Shown piece by piece: positions 58,935-64,000 of a stretch of DNA of 64,000 nt (position 1 is the first letter of the stretch; every line of letters begins with the position of its first letter). The stretch is from an uncultured archaeon (GTDB taxonomy: Archaea; Asgardarchaeota; Thorarchaeia; Thorarchaeales; Thorarchaeaceae). Location: assembly GCA_964558645.1 (NCBI GenBank), contig CAZLEV010000005.1:160001-224000 (forward strand), in the 5' to 3' direction. Made by a program: the position numbers and the translations under genes. The notes beneath the pieces were generated by a model. The model saw only the letters and a list, made by a program, of their open reading frames with translations, had not been told where the DNA came from and ran no database searches.

Positions 58935-60323
58935 CTAACCACCTCCCACAACAATTCTAGCCCTCATATGTGGACCCCCAGATGAAACAGGAACCCAATC
59001 TTCTTCACCTTTACCGCATGTACCCGCAGAGAACTCGAGCTCATCCCCAACTGCATCCACCGTCTTTAGAATCTCCAGTACCTGACCGGTGAGGCTCATA
59101 CTTCGAACGAGATCTTTGAGCTGGCCATCCTTGATGATATAGCCTTTCAACGCAGAGGCTTGAACTCCTCCGCCGACCACATCTTCCATTCCTGACGATG
59201 CGCGAATAACATAGAGCCCGTCTTTTGTTTCGGAGATTATCTCGCCTCTGGTCCAGTCACCCCGTTCAAAGAAAGTGTTCGACATGCGAGCAAAGATGCG
59301 CCTATTGTAGTCTTGAGCCCTTCCGTTTCCAGTAGGAACCACGCCCATCAACGCAGCCGTTTCCAGTGTATGGAGATAACCACTATAGACTCCCTCACTG
59401 ATTATCTCAGACCTTGAAGAAGGCGTACCTTCGGAATCGTAGGGGTAGCTTCCAGGTAGTCCATCCATTGTGCCGTCATCCACCATTGTGACATGTTCAG
59501 TAGCCACGTTCTTGCCTACCATGCCCGTCAAGAAAGAACGTTCCTTAACAATCTCATCAGCTTCACTTGCATGACCGCAGACTTCGTGTGCTATAAGGCC
59601 AGCAACATTCCCATCCAGTACCACAGTCATCTCACCTGATGGGGGTTTCGATGCCGACAAGAGATCGATGGCACCCTTACCAACTGCCTCGCCGATCTCT
59701 CGAATATCGATTTCTCGAACCATCTCAAAGCCTGCCAGTCCACCCTTCGAATCATAGTCGTACTGCGTCCGCGCACCCTCCTTGGCCACTGCCTGAGCCA
59801 CAAGATAGGTCCTTACTTCGTCCCAGTATATCCTCGACCCCATGCTATTCACTAAGTAGAACTCACGTTCATTGTCACGATACATAGAATTCGTGTTGAC
59901 TATACGTTCGTCAACGCGTTGGGCCTCATCTAGCATTCGCACCGCCTCAAGCTTGTCTTCACTGTTCACTTCCAAGGGGTCTTCCTTTACTGATTGGATA
60001 CGCTCGTCTTCAACAACATATTCCTTGGGCAGGTCAATTGACTTGCGCGAATACTTCGCACTGGCCTTTGCCATGCTCGCCGCCTGAGAGAGAATACCAA
60101 GCATGTTTTCAACAGTCACATCATCGGTTGTTGAAGCCTGACCCCAGCATTCCCCGACCAATGCCCTTGCAACAGTGCCAGATCTTCCACCTTTGTTAAA
60201 GCGCCGGAGTACTCCGTTAACCATCAACATATCTGTGCCTTGACGAACCTCGTGACGGACGTCCGCAAACGCGACATCGGCTTCTGAAAATCGATCCATC
60301 GCAGCCTGGATTGTATCCAACAT
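58935..60323 (-). CDS. tldD: TldD-family metalloprotease
   Basis: HEVCGH..EAD, YDSEG, TGNGRA, RMSNTF, G.CGK...VPVS.GGP. Confidence 0.93.
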   Translation of the reverse strand: MLDTIQAAMDRFSEADVAFADVRHEVRQGTDMLMVNGVLRRFNKGGRSGTVARALVGECWGQASTTDDVTVENMLGILSQAASMAKASAKYSRKSIDLPKEYVVEDERIQSVKEDPLEVNSEDKLEAVRMLDEAQRVDERIVNTNSMYRDNEREFYLVNSMGSRIYWDEVRTYLVAQAVAKEGARTQYDYDSKGGLAGFEMVREIDIREIGEAVGKGAIDLLSASKPPSGEMTVVLDGNVAGLIAHEVCGHASEADEIVKERSFLTGMVGKNVATEHVTMVDDGTMDGLPGSYPYDSEGTPSSRSEIISEGVYSGYLHTLETAALMGVVPTGNGRAQDYNRRIFARMSNTFFERGDWTRGEIISETKDGLYVIRASSGMEDVVGGGVQASALKGYIIKDGQLKDLVRSMSLTGQVLEILKTVDAVGDELEFSAGTCGKGEEDWVPVSSGGPHMRARIVVGGG

Positions 60324-60389
60324 TAGGGTAGCACCAGAATCAGGCCAACCCCGAGCAGAGATAAGGTTTTGCAGGCGAGTAATCCCTCT

Positions 60390-61304
60390 CTAAAAGTACA
60401 GCTTGCCCCGGAGAATGATAACTCCCGTTCCACTCACCTTGACGCTTTGAATTGCCTCTTTGTCCCCCCGCACTTCCACGAATATCTTTCCCGGTCGGTT
60501 GACGTAGCTTCCCTGCTCAATAACGATACTGGTCACTGGGTATGACGCATCGAGTATGCCGTAGCGAACCATATACCAGCACATACTTCCTGCGGCTGAA
60601 CCGGTCACAGGGTCCTCGTTGATACCCAGAGCTGGAGCGAAGTGGCGAACATGAACATCTGGCGTAGGTTTTTCAGTTTCGGGAGAGAAGACCTGTATTG
60701 ATATCCAATCCGAGTCTTGCTGGAGCTCGTTGAGTCGTTCCCAGTCTGGCCGTATTCGCTCCAACGATCTTGGCGTATTCACCGGAATCATAAGCTGTGG
60801 CGTTCCAGCGCTCACAGTCTGGATGGGGTGAGGAGTCATGATGTCGGCAAGACTGAGACCCAGGGCTTCTGTATAGTCTACAGGGTCGTAGGCCTCCATG
60901 AACGCCACTTTTTCGTGAGTGACCTGTATCTCGTGGAGACCGGTCTGCTCATTCTTTACGACCTCTACTTGAAGCATGCCTGCTCTTGTTTCTAATTCAA
61001 ACATCGTCACATCTTGTGGTATCTCGGCGAGCCCAACCTCAATCAATGCGATGAATGCAGCCACGGTTAGATGGCCTGAGAAGTTCATCTCTCCCCCTGG
61101 AGTCCAATAGGAAAACCGATAGTCCGCCTTTTCGGAACTCATGACGAAGACTGTCTGACCAGCGCCCATCTCACTAGCAATAGTACGGATACTCTCATCA
61201 GAGAGACGGTCAGCTCCCAGAACAACTATGGCAGGGTTTCCACCGTAGGGTGTATCGGTGAATGCATCAATCTGGATCACATCAAGCGCTCGCTTTGGCT
61301 GCAT
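60390..61304 (-). CDS. PhzF-family (DAP epimerase fold) isomerase
   Basis: DAFT..P.GGNPA, TP..E..F.GH, RHFAP..GI.EDP.TGSA, EQG....RPG. Confidence 0.9.
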   Translation of the reverse strand: MQPKRALDVIQIDAFTDTPYGGNPAIVVLGADRLSDESIRTIASEMGAGQTVFVMSSEKADYRFSYWTPGGEMNFSGHLTVAAFIALIEVGLAEIPQDVTMFELETRAGMLQVEVVKNEQTGLHEIQVTHEKVAFMEAYDPVDYTEALGLSLADIMTPHPIQTVSAGTPQLMIPVNTPRSLERIRPDWERLNELQQDSDWISIQVFSPETEKPTPDVHVRHFAPALGINEDPVTGSAAGSMCWYMVRYGILDASYPVTSIVIEQGSYVNRPGKIFVEVRGDKEAIQSVKVSGTGVIILRGKLYF

Positions 61305-61753
61305 CTCTCAATAACCTCAGTTTCTGTATCTCCAACGATGGATTTAGGCTTTTATCTATCAGGATTGTGTGTCATTATGGGCAGTGCAGAGAGTAGACTG
61401 CCTTGGGGCGAAACAAGTGGCAATCTCAGGGGAAACAAACAAACGATGCCCTGCTTCTCTGCAATGTGCCAGAAGATTCAACATATTTCCAAAGCAGTGA
61501 GCGCACGCTCCGAACGTATGTAAGGTTGGCCGCACTTGTTCACGTGGAATCGCACTCCTTCGTGAACCTGTCCTACAGTCGTCTTATTGTCTGGCTACGT
61601 CACTTCAAGAATAAAACATCAGAAGAGGAATTCTCACGCAACCTGGAGTGGTTTCCGATGGATCAAATAGAAGCTAGGTGATTTACGCCACTGATTACAT
61701 TTCATCATTGAATATCAAAGCATCGTAATCATAGAAGAGAGAGTGTGTGTGAA

Positions 61754-61878
61754 GAATAGAAGGTGGCGGGCACAAGGGTAATCGTGGTAGGAGGGGGGAG
61801 TTTCGTAATTGAGGGCATGTAACGAAAAACTAGCCCATGCACCCGCCTTGTTGACTTTTTTCTATCCGCCTACCATTC
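61754..61878 (-). ncRNA. Candidate structured (pseudoknotted) non-coding RNA
   Basis: Three nested helices plus crossing pairings; mismatches become G-U only on the minus strand; BRE/TATA-like aaaccttaatat (61906-61917, minus) about 28 nt upstream; no credible ORF. Confidence 0.4.
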
Positions 61879-62180
61879 TTTTAATGCTCTTCCTCTTGGG
61901 AGAGCATATTAAGGTTTCGTTGGGGCAATTGAAAAAACTGCCCTTGATCTGTTGCTCTGCCTCTAGCATCTGGTTCTGCTCTTGAATAGTCGATGACTGT
62001 CGTCTGATTAGTTAGACAACGGTGTCATTTTTACAAGAGTTTCGAAATCATACCTCATCTATGACGACGGTGAGTGACCAGCCAATGAAAGAAGCATAGG
62101 AGCACCGAGAGGGTTTCTGACAGCGGCGTAGGAGTGGGACAGAGTTGGACATCAATCAGACACCTATCCAAAGGTAGAGT

Positions 62181-62430
62181 ATGTACTCTGTGTCACAGGC
62201 CGCCCTCCGCCTAATAGTATGCGCCAAGACCATGCGTCGCTGGGATGCCCGCGGGCTCATCCCCTGCCATCGAACCCAGGAACCACCGCACAATCACCTT
62301 GCTCAGGATAGATCGGCTCCTTGGAGTCCTTCACCAGGAAACAGATATGCACCCGGTCACGAGGCGCTGTGCCATCTATGCCAGGGTCTCTGGACACCGT
62401 CAGAGGACCGATGGGGACCAGGGCCGGAAG
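62181..62430 (+). pseudogene. tnpA: IS607-family TnpA (MerR-HTH + serine recombinase) relic, frameshifted and truncated
   Basis: MYSVSQAA..L.VC.KTMRRWD..G.I...RT / NHR...AIYARVS...Q..D in two frames (shift near 62278); GACA repeats at 10-11 bp spacing upstream (62138-62162); no tnpB. Confidence 0.85.
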
Positions 62431-63040
62431 GCCCCACAGGAAGAATCGACGGGGTTCCTGCACAAAAGGGTGCAGGATTGTGCTGCGCAGTCCCCAGAGC
62501 ATGGTCAGGATGGTCAGGTGGCTCTGCGAGCTGACCAGTACTCGGTCAGCTGTGTCGTACCTGCTGATAGATCGTCGCAGGTCAGTTGTCTGACTCGAGC
62601 ACATCTCCGGGAGCAGGTCCAGAAGCATCCATGTTCACCTATAGAGATGTTCTCTCTGGAGAGGCATTCAGTTCTCGCCAGCATGGCGACACGGGCAGCG
62701 GTCTCTGTACCGATGTGCTTGGATCCATAACGACACCGTATTGTGACCAAGAGAATTTCATAGCTGTTCTCTGGGATCCAAGGCATTGGATAGACGTCAT
62801 TGTAGAACCCCATTGGACAGATATGTACAAGAAACGCCCTGGATTCGTTTCCGTTTCCTCACCGCCCCTTCTGTCCATCGTCATGCGGTGCTTTCCGCTG
62901 TGCTATTCAGGCCCCGTCTTGGTTTGATCTGTCTGCTTGGGCGGGACAAGCCAGAAGAAGCGATGGTGTAATCCGGCAGATATTGTGAGAAAGGCATATT
63001 AGAAAGTGCGCCCCAGGTATCTGCGGAGTTGTTTCGTACA

Positions 63041-64000
63041 ATGGGGCACAGACATTCAAGAGAGATACATTTACTCGTTCTGTTCCTCTGGATTGCAACT
63101 GGGTTCATGGTCTTCGTCCCGGGTCAGGTAAGGGCAGCGCCCCTTGATGCCCTCATGAACAAGGTGCGACCCACCGCATGTGGGAGATTCTTCGAGGATA
63201 CCACGCTGTGTATCGGTGTTGAGCTTGAGAATGCCCTCTCCTCGCCGGTCTCGCTGCGGGCCAATCTCACCTTCCCCTTGAACTTCACACAACGCATCGA
63301 GAACCTCACAAGAACGTCTACGCAGCCGTACTTCACCCATGGAATCAGCGGGGCCACCGGCAACTGCACATACATCCCTGCGAACGCATCAGCTCGTTCG
63401 ATCTTCTCCTTTCCAACCAATGGCTCCTTCCTGGAGAGCGAGTACTACAACCTGGAACTCCAGTGGAAGACCATCCACGGTCTCGAGGACGAGGCATCGG
63501 AGAACCTCGAATATACCCAGAGCTTCAATGTCACTCCCTTCGAGTGGATAGACCAGGAAACCATGCAGCCAAAGGTCGAGGATGGAGGACTGAGAACAGA
63601 CCCGTTTGATCTCCGGATAACCAATGTGCTTCTTACTGCTGCTCTCTTCTACAAGGGGGATTCCGTTTCAGCGCGAGTCACTGTCCATAACTATGGTCTC
63701 TACGGCATGAAACCCTATCTGAAGGCCCAAGTCAGAGAGACCAGCGGTCTCTACATCGGATTCGACAGAGGGGTGTGGTCGCACTACGGTGACGGGGTTG
63801 ATATGCAGTTGTATGTCAACCCGGGAGACACCTACACGTTCGACTTCGAGTTCGGGCCAGTACTCTATGATGACACGCGGGGCATCTGGGCACTCAATGG
63901 CCGACTTGATACGGAAGACCCGAATGACTTCAATGCCAAATCAATCGTGTACAATCTGTACGAGGTCCAGCTCAGAGGTTGGTGGCTGTATACCTTCTAC
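63041..64000 (+). CDS. Secreted protein with Ig/CARDB-like domain, partial (runs off the window)
   Basis: Open frame from ATG 63041 to the window end: MGHRHSREIHLLVLFLWIATGFMVFVPGQVRA-AP signal, NxS/T sequons, DLRITNV...VSARVTVHNYG; absent from the ORF track because it has no stop. Confidence 0.8.
   Translation, partial: MGHRHSREIHLLVLFLWIATGFMVFVPGQVRAAPLDALMNKVRPTACGRFFEDTTLCIGVELENALSSPVSLRANLTFPLNFTQRIENLTRTSTQPYFTHGISGATGNCTYIPANASARSIFSFPTNGSFLESEYYNLELQWKTIHGLEDEASENLEYTQSFNVTPFEWIDQETMQPKVEDGGLRTDPFDLRITNVLLTAALFYKGDSVSARVTVHNYGLYGMKPYLKAQVRETSGLYIGFDRGVWSHYGDGVDMQLYVNPGDTYTFDFEFGPVLYDDTRGIWALNGRLDTEDPNDFNAKSIVYNLYEVQLRGWWLYTFY

Noticed and set aside
61338-61681. Short ORFs upstream of the PhzF-family gene
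   Set aside because: No RBS, motif or convincing composition
62430-63040. Overlapping 60-160 aa ORFs after the IS607 relic
   Set aside because: Mutually overlapping, with no TnpB/RuvC or other motif; probably decayed sequence

Overview
Archaeal chromosomal segment, very probably an Asgard archaeon of the Thorarchaeia type. The basis is Rab-like GTPases, Roadblock and WD40 proteins, a diphthamide-less EF-2 paralog, PolB2, TgtA, and Mtr/F420 genes. Three zones. (1) 1-14.85 kb is an accessory mosaic of secreted and surface-protein genes plus an ABC exporter. It is cut into blocks by three displaced copies of the last 10-13 codons of nrdD (174, 4498, 8912; true gene end 14855), which looks like serial integration at the nrdD 3' end. 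(2) 14.85-61.3 kb is core genome: intein-containing class III RNR with a redoxin, thyA, EF-2 paralog, a Roadblock-thioredoxin-KaiC-KaiC-TPR operon beside Rab-WD40-Rab genes, PolB2, larC, cofE, a metV-metF-mtrH-mtrA-mtrH-marker14 soluble methyl-transfer operon, hflX, tgtA, an ABC importer facing three GIFT-domain surface proteins (two with phosphoesterase domains), GGPP synthase, tldD/pmbA and a PhzF-family gene. (3) 61.3-64 kb is a second accessory edge: a candidate pseudoknotted ncRNA, an IS607 relic and a secreted protein running off the window. No tRNA, rRNA or CRISPR array was seen. All family calls are from motif recognition by eye, without database searches.
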